NCBI GenBank assembly: GCA_013265495.1
Contig: MU061579.1
Coordinates: 4,897,146-4,961,145 of the forward strand
Direction: 5' to 3'
From: Vicugna vicugna
Taxonomy: Eukaryota
Length of the DNA: 64,000 nt
Under the pieces are notes generated by a model, which searched no databases, had not been told where the DNA came from, and saw only the letters and a program-made list of their open reading frames with translations. Every line of letters starts with the position of its first letter. Position 1 is the stretch's first letter. The position numbers and the translations under genes were made by a program. Positions 50,500 through 62,731 of this stretch are shown here, piece after piece.

Positions 50500-53213
50500 C
50501 TCTTTAATTGATAAAATAAGTTAACAGAAAATAAGTAGGAAAATATAAGATGAACCACAGTATCTTCAACTGGACTTAACTGACATTTATGTGACACTTC
50601 ATTCAACAATAACAGAATGCAGATTTAAGAATGTTCATGGAACTCTCAAAAAGATACTTTATATACTAGACTACAAAAAAAGTCTCAATATATTTTTTTA
50701 AATTGGCATCATACAGATTATGTTTTCTGACCACAGAAAGCTTAAATTGAAATCAATAACAAAAAGATATCAGGGATATCTACGAATACAGGAAATTATC
50801 AATGCACTTTGGGATCTCTCATGGGTCAAACAAGAAATCAAAAAGGAAACTAGAAATTAAAATAACAAAATATATCAAAACGTACATGAATTAGCTAAAG
50901 AAGAGGCCAAAGGGAATTTACAGATTTAAAGTTTCATGTTAGAAATGAAGAAAAGAATAAAATAAATGATGAATAAACAAATTTAATAAGCTAGAAAGCA
51001 AATGATGAACAAAACTAAAAATAAGTAGAAGGAAAGAAATAATAAAGGTTAATAAAAGCTGAAAATTAATAGAAAAATATAGTGAAACTAGAATCTGTCT
51101 ATTTGAGGTCAATGATTCAGATAAAATGAACAAATATCTTAAATAACTCAAATAATCAAAACTAGCTGGAGCTATTCAGATAACTTGAATAGCTCTATGT
51201 CCATTAAAAATACATATTTGAGTGAAACACCTTCTTATGAACAAAACTGCCCCAGATGAATTCCTCCAAACACTTAAGGAAGAGATAAGACCAAAAATAA
51301 AAAAAATCTTCATGAACATAGATCGAAAACTCCATATTTAACTGAATATAAATTCATCAAATCTAACATTATATACAATGTGTAACATATCTTGAATAAA
51401 AGATACTTAACAAGGGTTAACATTAAAAATATGAATCCATGTATCTTATATTAATAAACATAAAAATCATATCATCATCTCAGATGCAGAAAAAGCATGT
51501 GACACAATTCAAAGTGCTTCCATGACTGAAAATTCTCAGGAAACAGGAAAGAAAAAATTGGGACCTCCCCAAACTGGTAAAGGGCATCTACTAAAAACCT
51601 ACAGTTAAATTCCTACTTAGTTACAACACACTGAATGCTTTTCCTTGACTTAGTCAAGAATACCCAACCTCTCACTTCTTTTCAACATCATACTTGAGGT
51701 ATTGCCACTGCAGTAAGACAAGGGAAATAAATATCTTTTACACACATGGAAAAGGAAGTGGTAAAACTGAATTTATTATAAATATCATGGCTGTGTGTAT
51801 ACAAATTCCTAACGAATCTACAGATAAGCTCCTAGATATTGTAAGTTAGTTTAGTAAAGTCATAGATTAGTATGCCAGTATACATGTTGGAGAATTTATA
51901 TACCTAATTTTAAGAGTTAATATTTGACACTACATTAATCAATAGAGTGGATTAAATGCATGTGTGGGTGTGTGTGTATCAGTAAAACAGAATAAAAGAT
52001 TCCAATAAGTAAACACAAACATATGTGGCCTATTAAATTCTGACCAAAGTCACAAGGTAATTTAATGAGAAAACAATAGCCATTTTAACAAGTGGTGCTG
52101 AAATACTGGGATATCCATGTGTAAAAAGCATGAATTTTAGGCTCTTACTTTAAGTGTGTATAAATTAACTTGCCATGTATCAACAAACTAAACATAAAAG
52201 ATAAAGTATGGATTCTTAATGAAAACAAACTTGCATTAGTCAAAAATTTCTTAAAAAGGAAACAAACAGTACAAACTGTAAAATAAAAATCAATGTTTTT
52301 TTTAAATTAAAAATTTCTGGGGGGAAGGGATAGCTCAAGTGGTAGAGCACAAACTTAGCATGCACAAGGTCATAGGTCCAATCCCCAGTACCTCCTCTAA
52401 AAGTAAATCGAATTACCTTCCCCCCACAAAAAATAAAAATAAAAATTTCTGTTCCTCAGAAGTTATTTTAAGAAAACAAAGGTGAACAGTAACCTTTTAG
52501 AAAATGTTTGCAAAGCATATATCTGACAAATGACCTGTATTGACAATAAATGAAAACTACTTATGTTTCAATACTAAGATTAACAATAAATGAATCTTAA
52601 AATATAAAGGAAAAAGCTTTTCACAAATACTTCAGAAGAAAAGATATATAAATGACTAATAAGAATGGCTGCTTAAACATATTAGTCAACATTAATCAAC
52701 TTCATTAAAACTATAATTGATATTACTAACTACCTAAGAGAATGGCTAAATTTTTTTTTAAATGACAATAAAAAGAGCTAGTAATTTGTGGAGAGATGGA
52801 ACTCTAAATCAGTCACTTCTGATGAGAATGTAAAGTGACACATTCACCTGCTTAGGAAGAGAGTTTTGCAGTTTAATATGAAGTTAAATCTGCAGGTACC
52901 ATATCTACCTCACTCCTAGGTATTTAATCAAGAGAAGTGAAAGCACATATCCACTTTAAACTTGTGTGTAAACATTCATAGTAGCTGTATTGTAATATCC
53001 TTAAACTGAAAACAACCCCAAAGTCCATCAACAAGTGAATGGACAAACACAATGTTGTATACACACATTTGTATACATACACACATTTGTATGGATACAC
53101 AAATGGGATACCAGTCAGCAGTTAAAAGGAATGAACTTCTGATACCTGCAGCAATATCTATAGCTCTCAAAATAACTGTAAAGTGAATTGAAAGAAGTTA
53201 AAAAAAAAAAAAA
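50500..53213 (+). mobile_element. Old L1 (L1MD/L1ME-like), ORF2 remnants with many internal deletions, carrying a SINE insertion
   Basis: Endonuclease region TGTTTTCTGACCACA, RT region CATCTCAGATGCAGAAAAAGCATGTGACACAATTCAA and CACTTCTTTTCAACATCATACTTGAGG, C-terminal CACTCCTAGGTATTTAATCAAGAGAA...TCCATCAACAAGTGAATGGACAAAC. Confidence 0.9.
52320..52439 (+). mobile_element. tRNA-derived SINE, camelid vic-1 type
   Basis: GGGGGAAGGGATAGCTCAAGTGGTAGAGCACAAACTTAGCATGCACAAGGTCATAGGTCCAATCCCCAGTACCTCC carries an A box and a mutated B box. The tail is AATTACCTTCCCCCC plus an A-rich tract. TSD TAAAAATTTCTG at 52308-52319 and 52440-52451. Confidence 0.9.
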
Positions 53214-53956
53214 GCGTACCCGCCATGGACGCACGCAGATGATGTAGGGGCTACAACAAGACATAGTTTGGAACATTGGCTCTCCAAAACTTTGTCTATC
53301 ATCTATCGTGTTGTAGTCAGACAAAATATCATTTGAATTGACCAGCACGCAATGTTCTATTCAATTTTGATATAATTACAGAATGACTTAAGAATTTTAA
53401 TCAATATTGGTAAATCCTAAAGTAGATGTATTATTCTATAAATGTATTAAAGGGAGTTTATTTCCACTGCCAAAGTACTGATCAAGTCAACATGAAAAAC
53501 TACAGCAATTTCTGTCTTTATTAAACCAGCTCTTTAATTCATCAACTATAAGCAACTAATAAAGTTAACCCATTTGCTTCTACCATACTTTGCCCAATGT
53601 TTTGGTAGCTTTGTGAATATAATTTATATTCTGAACATCAAGAAATGTATTGGTCATCCTATCATGTGACAGAACCATTCTTATCATCCCCTCATGCAGT
53701 GATACGCAGAGCTCCACTTGTGAGTTATTTCTCCCCGTTGCCATCATATGTTTCTATACTTCTTCAACTCTCCAATTTCAACCCTTCTGGGAAGCCTTCC
53801 TTTCCTATTCATGACACCAGCATACTTCTATTTTAGTCTTTATTATATAGATCAAAACGATATTTCTCTTTGGTATTATAATGTTGTTAATTGAGGAACT
53901 CTATTTCTCTAAGTGGTTAGATTGGGTTTTTAATTATTTATTGAGTGTATGTTGTC

Positions 53957-53980
53957 CACACACACACACACACACACACA
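53957..53980. repeat. (CA)12 microsatellite
   Basis: Directly visible. Confidence 0.95.
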
Positions 53981-56377
53981 AATATCAGTTGATCAGTCGA
54001 GATTAAGTGACTGGAATGTAAGGAATATTCAGTCTAAAAAGAATTTCTGTATAAATTTTGTTTATTATTTTGAAAAACAGAAGGTTCAAGTTAATTTAGC
54101 TCTAGGGAACTAGAAAATTGTGAAAAATAGGGTTAAAGTGTTTAATACTAGAAAACATGGAGAGAGAAAATTCTCTGAATTTATTTCCTTATTTCTGATA
54201 TCATCTGTAAACCCAGTGAATTAATATCCTACATAAGTTAATTCATATTTAATTATGGATACCATGTGGATATACTGTGCTAAGCTCTTTTATAGAATAA
54301 AATGGTGGTTTTATTATGTTTTAGGACTATTTTAGATATATTTTCTTTATAGAGGAAGCAATTCAAGTTAAAAATTGTATCTTGTCATAAAAAGATACTG
54401 TTTTTCAAAAGTTGCTATAGTGCTTAATCAAATTTCATGTCATGATTAGAGAATTACAGAAAACAGCTTACATAATTTAAAATCAGAATGACAAACAGTT
54501 GCCGAAAACAACTTTGGTGGTGTTACTGAGCAGATCTTCATGTGTTTCAATTTAAAAGAAAAGAATATATAATTAGTCATGAGAACAGGGCTTAGGGGAT
54601 CTCTCTATATTGAGTAAATCCACACCTGCTATTCTAGAAAGAAACTTGACTGAGAAGGTTAGAGCAAACTAAGCACAGGTGGGCTCCTGTCTCTGAAAAC
54701 TCCTTTTAGCTCAGTTCTACTGTCAGCGTCCATCATCAGCTGTTAATACAACAATCCCTTTTCATTTCCAACAAAACAAAACAAAAAATACCTTTCCCCG
54801 GGGTTGCCTGTTGCACGCTCTGAAGAATGCATGGTGCTTATGTGACCAGGTGTGCACAACAGGAAGGAGTTAAGATGAAGCTGTCAGAATGATAACAATC
54901 GTGCCTTGATGAGTTCTTGTTATTTTAAGATGCACCTGCTCCAAGTCAGCAGGATTTCTGAGGAAAATCAGAAATGTGTTGGATGTATCCCAAGGCACAT
55001 AAAAGACTGAATTCAATTCTGTCTAGCTGATGTTTAGAAATTTACAGCAGTGCTGACTGGGCTAAATGTCTTTCTTACAAAATTCCAGAAGAGACAGTGT
55101 TGTTATTTGTCAGAGAAAATTACATAGCAGATCCCTTGTTAAAAATGCATACCTTCCTCCCTGCCCTCACCCTTTCTTCCTCCTTCCTCAGTAGGTGTGC
55201 TGGTCTTGACCAAGCTAGAAATGTGACAGGAAGACACACTATTATTTAAAAGAAAGGATTGGTGTCTCTTCACAATCTCAGGGTTAAATGATGATTCCTA
55301 AAGTGCCAGCATTTGTACTATAAATCACAGAAATTAAAAAAGACATCAGAGCAGATACAGTAGTGTATGTATATGTTTATGTGTATACATATACACATAT
55401 TTATATGCATACACACAGAAAATCACTGGTGAGCAAGTTAGATACATATAAAGTAAGTATACAATAATTATTGTCACATTGTTCTTTATATTTTCCACTA
55501 TTTACCTAATTTTCTCCAAAGAAACTGCACTAGTTTTATAACCAGATAAAAAAAGGCAATTAAGGTTTATTTGTATTTGTTGGGGAAGTACAGTATACAA
55601 AAACATAGAAATTAAGAGACAGAGACCAACACTGACTTAGGAAATTTAAATAATATAATCCATTGCATATGTAATTTAGTAACAACAAAAAAGTTACATA
55701 TGGGCTATCATGCCCCATATTCTGCAATTACAACGTTCATGGGGGAAATACTGAAAATATAACAATCATACATCAGAGGCAACTATTTAATGGGGTTTTA
55801 TCTAGTATCTTGACAGAAATATGTACGCTTATCATGGGTTATTCCAAACACTGTTGTAATGCTATTTTAGAAAATATATTTAATTCAAGATGAACTAAGA
55901 AATTAAAAGATGACATCAAATAGAACAAAGAGAAAAAGGAGATGAACCTCAAGAGAAAGGTTTGAACAATAAAGCGCATGTCTTACCGCCTGTCTATTTT
56001 CTTGGTATGAGATGAAAACTCACACTGACATTTCTAGCAAACATCACAAAGAGACAGAAATGGAATCAATTACATGCTATAAAACGGTGGTAAAATTAGA
56101 CGAACAACACAACCAAGTTGGACTGTGGCCTAAGAGAAGCTCAGCTACTCTACTGCCAGGGCTTCAGAACAGGCGTTTCCCTTTGCGCACACATCAGATA
56201 CTCAGTGTGATAAACATTATCTAAAAACATACTCACAGTAAATACAAAATGAAGTAACGTAGTTTTAAGGGGGAGAAAACTCAGCATGTACTTTCAGCAG
56301 ATTCCTTGGCACAAGGCAGGGGGTGACAGGTTAGAAACCACTGGATTTTGGTGTTTTGCTGCTGTTGTTGCTTTTAG

Positions 56378-56495
56378 CTTTTAAAATAGGAATAACAGGA
56401 TCTACTTATTAGGGGTGTTCTAGGAATTAAATGATATAATAAGCTCAGCTCAGAATCTGGCATACTAAACAGTAAAAAATAATGGTCATTATTAT
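56378..56495 (+). mobile_element. MIR 3' half
   Basis: TAAAATAGGAATAACAGGATCTACTTATTAGGGGTGTTCTAGGAATTAAATGATATAAT...TGGCATA. Confidence 0.75.
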
Positions 56496-57879
56496 ATATG
56501 AAGTGATGAATTGTGATTCCTTTAGAAAGCCATCCAAAAATATTACTTCTTTCAAAAGTCTTCCCAGATGTCTTATCTGACACTGTGTTCACGGGAATAC
56601 TCATGAACCAAGCAGATGAGGTGCACCACTATCAGATGCTCACTAACTACATAGCCATAGGCTTTACCAGGTGGGCAGCTACGTCGTAATCAGACTTAAA
56701 TCTGTCTATGGAATTTGAGCAGCTCACTAGCCCATGAGTGTGGCTAGAAACCATTTTTTGTCTACAGGTTGATGGTGCATATAAAAGAATAACTAAAAAA
56801 AAAAATAAAGAAATGTGTATACTGGTAGAAAGTAATAAAGACTAGGATGCAAAGTAGGGTCCTTATTTATACTCCAGGTACAAACAACAATGTGTTGTGA
56901 CAGAGAAAGTGTTATGATATTTACATATGTGTGTGTGTGTTTATTTGCTAACAAGGAAATTAAGGTTTAATAATACTCGGAATTTTGTCAATAACATGAA
57001 TTACCAGATGTGAGTGAACCTAAGGGAAGAGTAGAGCGTGTGTAGCATGCTGTCACCTTTCCTTTTCCTTAGTATGTTGAGATTCATGGCCATTGCCAAA
57101 TTAAGCTGAAACAAAACAAACAAGCAAGGAAATAAAAACCACTTCACTATGGACGAGAAACACAAAAAAAATCCCAAAATTTTGGATCAAGGATACTTCT
57201 CGTTATATACAAACACATGAGTGAAAGAATAGAAAACAGCAAAGCTGACGCTTCTTATACATCTGATAAAAGCCTGCTATCCACCAAGTCACAAAGTAAA
57301 TCTTAATCGAGTCAGATCTGATGGGAAATGGGCTACAATTTTCAAAATATTAAGAAATGTAATTTTTAAGTTTCTCTTGTAGCTAATACATAAGGTAGAA
57401 ACAATTTTTACACAAATAAATATACATCTGTTGGAGTGGAAACAACAATATGTTACTGATTTGGATGTATAATCACATAATTGTGAGGACACTAGTGTAC
57501 ATGCTAACATGGGTGATTAGCTCTGCACAGAGGCCAGTGTCATAGAGCATGGTTTACGGACTGGGACCTGAAGAATGGGGACGGATGCACGGGTTCAAGG
57601 TGAGCTGTCTGACTGAGGGTATGATATGCAGAGGCAGAAACTGAATCGTGTAGAGAAGGGTATGAGGTGCTTAGGCAGGCACGGCAGAACAGATTGCATG
57701 AATATTTATTCTTTGATCCAAAGATCATATATCTTCCTATTGTTATCATGAGTTCATTTGTCATCCTCTCCTCAAAAGCTGCTAGAACAGAATGATTGAG
57801 ATGGAATCAAAAACTTTAGAGGTAGAAGAGTTCAAAATGTTCATTGAAGAGAATGGTTTTCAAACAATTTTCTTGTTTT

Positions 57880-57990
57880 TAAGGGCTTTATGGAGATATA
57901 ATTCACAAACGTGAAGCGTGCAATTTAATTTTTTTGGTATTCTCCCAGTCATGTGCAACCATATTTACAATTTTAGAACACTTTCATCAC
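57880..57990 (-). mobile_element. Short L1 (L1MB-like) extreme 3' end
   Basis: GCTTTATGGAGATATAATTCACA...GTGCAACCAT...AATTTTAGAACACTTTCATCAC. Confidence 0.7.
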
Positions 57991-59015
57991 TGATTGTTTT
58001 CAGTAGAGATATTTCTTTGGAAGAAGTGAAGGCCCAACTTGTAAAATGCAGAAGAGAGACTCTGGTTTCCATTCCCAGGTAAGGAACTTGGAACTCACCA
58101 CTTTGTCCCAATAATAAGTAAAAAGCTGAACAGACCAAAAAAGCAACAGCTCTACCTGAATTTGTAAGAGAGGGGAGGATACAAACCACTGGCTACAAGA
58201 TTGGGAAGACAGGCAAACAGAGAACAGTTCACCTGAGCGGAAGCAGACTCAGAGGCAGAAACAGCCGGGGAACCAGGACAAAGGCGGAAAACCCTAGACT
58301 GTTACTGCCTTCTTGCTGGAGGCTCTATATGGACAAATTTGAGAGTCAAAACCTCCAGAGGCACCCAGTAATAGGGCATTCCCACAATTCTGTAAGATTA
58401 TGTTCAGGATCTGAACTAGGTTCCCACAGTAAATATTGAAGAAAACTTCCCTCATTCTTTCAGCAGAGGGAGGGGAAAGAAACTTAAAAGAAGCCAGAGC
58501 ACCCTGTTCTTGGCAAGGCCTGACCGCAGGAGAAACCCGTTAACAAGAGCCGTATCTGCTAAGGTATTATCAGAGCCTAACTGACCTGAGGGAAGAAAAC
58601 TACCCAACGCCAGCCAGCTCTAGCCATCTTGTCTACCCAAGTGGGGAGGAAAAAAGAACCTGAGAAACATGCGTGAAGTTCACAGTCCAGAAGCACAAGC
58701 TCACTGAAGGACTGAGACCTAATCACAGCACTATAGAATGCTTCCCCTCTGCCCACTTCTCACCACATTACAAAAATCCCATTTACAACAGTCTTTTTAC
58801 CCAGTACATCATGTTTGGCTATCAAGATAAAAATTACAGAGTACAGCACACCTCGTTTTATTGGGCTTTGATTTATTGTGCTTTGCAGACATTGTGTTTT
58901 TCACAAATTGAAGGTTTGTGACATCCCTGCCTCTAGCAAGTCCATTGGTGCCATTTTTCTAACAATATTTGTTCACTCTGTGTTTCTCTGTCACATTTTG
59001 ATAGTTCTTGCAATA

Positions 59016-59333
59016 AGGCTTACCTCAGAGATATTGTGGGTTTGGTGTCAGACCACCCTAAGAAAGTGAATATCACAATAAAGCCAGGGACTTGAATTTT
59101 TTGGTTTCCCAGTGCATATAAAAATTATGTTTACATTGTGCTATAATTTATTAAGTGTGTAAAATTGCGTTATGTCTTTAAAATGTACATACATGAATTA
59201 AAAAATAATGCTGTTAGAAAAATGGAGCCAATAGACTTGCTAGACTCAGGATTGCCACAAACCTTCATTTTGTAAAAAACATAGTATCTGTGAAGCACAA
59301 TAAAGCAAAACACAATAAAACAAGCTATACTTG
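59016..59333 (-). mobile_element. Non-autonomous Tigger1 deletion derivative (MITE, Tigger1a-type) nested in inverted orientation
   Basis: It begins with the reverse complement of the Tigger1 3' end (AGGCTTACCTCAGAGATATTGTGGGTTTGG) and ends with the reverse complement of the 5' end (ACAATAAAACAAGCTATACTTG). TA is duplicated at 59014-59015 and 59334-59335 within host GCAA-TA-TTTCAAA. Confidence 0.92.
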
Positions 59334-59565
59334 TATTTCAAAATTTCATTATTTGTTATTGTGACCTCTTTTCAGTGATCCTTCATATTACTATTATAAT
59401 TGATTTGAGGTACCATGAACCTCGCCACTGCAAACTTAATCCATAAGCGTGTGTGTTTTGACTGCTTCACTGACCAGCCATTCTCTCATCTCTTTCCCTC
59501 TCCTCTGACCTCCCTATTCCCTGAGATACAACGATATTGAAATTAGGCCAATTAATAGCTCTACA

Positions 59566-60920
59566 ATGGCCTTAAGTGTTCACGTGAGGGGAAGAGCTGC
59601 ATGTCTCTCATTTTAAATCAAAAACTAGAAATGATTAAGCTAGTGAGGAAGGTGTGTTGAAAGTCCAGAGAGACCAAAAGCTGAGCCTCTTGTGCCAAAC
59701 AGCTAGCCAAGTTCTGAATGCAAATAAAAAGTTTTTGAAGGAAATTAAAAGTGCTACTCCAATGAACACTTGAATGGCAAGAAAGTGAAGCAGCCCTATT
59801 GCTGATGTGGAGAAAGTTCTAGTGGTCTGGATAGAAGATCAAACCAGCCACAACATCCCCTTAAGCCAAAACCTAGTCCAAGCAAAGGCCTCTCTCCAAT
59901 TCTGTGAAGGCTGAGAGAGGTGAGAAAGCGGTGGAAGAAAATGTTGAAGCTAGCAGAGGTTGGTTTGTGAGGTTTAAGGAAAGAAGCCACCTCCATAACA
60001 TCAGAGTGCAAGGTGAAGCAGCAAGTGCTAATGTAGCAACTGCAAGTTATCCAGAAGATCTAGCTCAGATAATTAATGAAGGTGGCTACACTAAACAATA
60101 GATTTTCACTGTAGGAAAGAAAAAGTTTTATATTAGAAGAAGATGCCATCTCAGACTTTCATAGCTAGGGAGGAGAAGCCAAAGTCTGGCTTCAAAGCTT
60201 TTAAGGACAGGCTAACTCTCTTGTTAACAGCTAATGTAGCTGGTAACTTGAAGTTCAAGCCACTGTTCATTTACCATACTGAAAATCTTAGAGCCCTTTG
60301 GAATTACACTAAATTGACTGTCTGTGCTCTATCAATAAGACAACAAAGCCTGGATGACAGCACATCTGTTTACAACATAGTTAATTGAATATTTTAAGCC
60401 CATTGTTGAGACCTGCTACTTTGTAAAAAAGATTCCTTTCAAAATATTACTGCTCATTGACAATGCACCTTGTCACCCAAGGGCACTTGTAGAGATATAC
60501 AATGAGATTAATGTTATTTTCATGCCTGCCAATATAACATACATCTGTGGCCCATGGATGAAGGAGTCATTTTTACTTTCAAGTCATTATTTAAGAAACA
60601 CATTTCATAAGGCTATAGGTGCCATAGACAGTGATTCCTTTGATGGATCTGGGAAAAGTCAATCAAAATCCTTCTGGAAATGATTCACCATTCTTACATG
60701 CCATTAAGAACATTTGTGATTCATGGGAAGAAGTCAAAATATCAGCATTAACAGGAGTTTGGAAGAAGTTGATTCCAAACCTCATGAATGACTTTGAGAG
60801 GTTCAAGTCTTCAGTGAAGTAAGTAACTGCAGATGTGGTAGAAATAGCAAGAGAACTAGAATTAGAAGTGGAGCCTGAAGGTGGAACTGAATTGCTGCAG
60901 TCTCATGATAAACTTAAGCA
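59566..60920 (+). pseudogene. Disrupted Tigger1 transposase (CENP-B-type HTH plus DDE_1 domain)
   Basis: ATG at 59566. Fragments include [48 protein letters not shown] (~60450-60470), PMDEG and SWEEVKISALTGVWKKLIP. Multiple stops and frameshifts. Confidence 0.93.
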
Positions 60921-62638
60921 GATGAGGTTTTGCTTATGAATGAGCAAAGAAAGTTTCTTGGGATGGAATCTACTACTGGCAAAGATGCTCTGAGGATTGT
61001 CAAAATGACAACAAAGGATTTGGAATATTATATAAACTTAGTTGGTAAAGCAGTAGTAGAGTTTGAGAAGACTGATTCCAATTTTGAAACTTATACTGTG
61101 GGTAAAACCTTGACAAATAGCATTGTGTGCTACATAGAAATCATTCATGAAAGGAAGAGTCAAATGATGTGGCAAACTTCATTGCTGTCTTATTTAGGAA
61201 ATTGTCACAGCCACCCCTGCCTCCAGCAACTACCATCCTGATCAGTCAGCAGCCATCAACATGGAGGCAAGACCCTCTACTAGCAAAAAGATTATAACTT
61301 GCTGCAGGCTCAGATAATGGTTAGTACTTTTTAGCAATAAGTACTTTTTAAAATTTAAGGTCTATTTTTTTAGACATAATGCTCTTGCACATTTTAATAG
61401 ACTATTGTACAGTTAAACGTAACATTTGTATGCATGAGAAAACCAAGAAATTCATGTGACTTTCTTTATCATGGTATTTGCTTTACTATGGTAGTCTGGA
61501 ATAGAATCTGTGATATCTCCAAGGTACACCTATAAAAGGCAAAAAATACAATTTGAAGACACAGAAAAATCAGCAAAACCAGTCATGGCAGGGAAATTGG
61601 AATTATCAGATCAGGATTTAAAACACTATGATTAATATGCTAAGCATTCTACTGGATAAAGTAGACAGCATGTCAGAACAGATGGGCAATGTGAGCAGAG
61701 AGATGATACTCCCAGGAAAAAAACAAAAGAAATGCAAGAGATCAAAAACACTATAACAGAAATGAAGAAGGCCTTTGATGGATTAATGGAGGTTGGAAAC
61801 AGCTAAGGAAAGAATTTCCGAGCTAGAGGATACATCAGTAGAATCCTCAAAAATTAAAAAGCAGACAGAACAGACTCTAAAAAGTAGAAGAGAATATCCC
61901 AGGACAGTGGGCCACTACACAAGGTATAACGTATGTGTAATGCAAATACTAGAAAGAGAAGAGAGAAAGGAACAGAAAAAATACTTGAAACAATAATAGC
62001 TGAGAATTCCCACAAATTATGTTACATACCTCAGCATAGGTCCAGGAGGCTCAGAAAACACCAAGCAGGATAAATGCCAAAAAAAGAAAGTGGGTAACAG
62101 GTTGTGCTTTAATTGGAGACAGTGTAGGGTGTCCAAATGAGCACTTCCTCCCTGAGCAACGTCACTTCCTGTGGCAGCTGACTGGGCTGTGAAAATTCCC
62201 CAAGTAGCTCCAGAACTGAGCTTCAAAAATAACTTATATATTGCCAATTCCTCCGCTTACAGTTATAAAACTGGAAACTTCATCTATTAAATCATGTGTC
62301 TAAATTCTCCAAATTAATTGGAGAACTGGGCCTAGGCACACAAATCCTTCCTTAGGTAAACTCATATTACATGACTGTTTATAGAAGATGCCATGTCTTA
62401 GCTAATAACCAAACAGATATGGTATTACTGATATGACCACGGTATTACACACTTAAATATTCTTAGTAAAATAACATGAGCCAATGCAGTGGATCAAGAA
62501 GCCTTATTATAACTGGATTAGTTTTAAGTAATAAATTAAATTTCATGACTTTTTAAAGTTGTTTGATTTTACATTTTCTGATTTCATTAGAGTAGCATCT
62601 GACATTAATATGAGTCTACATAATGCATTTAAATACCT

Positions 62639-62731
62639 TTGAAAATTTTATTTTTAATAGTCAAGTCGTTCATAATAAATATATATATATTGAAAATTTT
62701 ATTTTTAATAGTCAAGTCCTTCATAACAAAT
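62639..62731. repeat. 42-bp direct duplication (2 mismatches) separated by an (AT)n spacer
   Basis: TTGAAAATTTTATTTTTAATAGTCAAGTC(G/C)TTCATAA(T/C)AAAT at 62639-62680 and 62690-62731. Confidence 0.95.

Larger units (their letters stand above)
58844..61532 (+). mobile_element. Near full-length Tigger1 (TcMar-Tigger/pogo) DNA transposon
   Basis: 5' TIR CAGCACACCTCGTTTTATTG, 3' TIR GATATCTCCAAGGTACACCTA, TA TSDs at 58842-58843 and 61533-61534. Length without the nested MITE is ~2.37 kb. Confidence 0.96.
58062..62088 (+). mobile_element. L1 (L1MC/L1MD-like) 5'UTR plus ORF1 start, split by Tigger1 at 58844-61532
   Basis: The left part ends ...CCCAGTACATCATGTTTGGCTATCAAGATAAAAATTACAGAGTA and resumes TAAAAGGCAAAAAATACAATTTGAAGA. 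ORF 61793-61996 (ETAKERISELEDTSVE) is the L1 ORF1 coiled-coil. Confidence 0.85.

Noticed and set aside
52320..52395. Functional tRNA gene
   Set aside because: The B box is mutated (GGTCCAATCC), and the head is followed by a SINE tail and flanked by a TSD.
53214..53250. Strong Kozak context CCGCCATGG with CpGs as a gene or retrocopy start
   Set aside because: The ORF is only MDARR-stop and lies where the L1 3'UTR would continue. No downstream coding similarity was recognised.
59566..61241. Domesticated TIGD1-like gene
   Set aside because: The reading frame is broken by many stops and frameshifts, and the first catalytic-Asp region is degraded. It is an ordinary decayed Tigger1.
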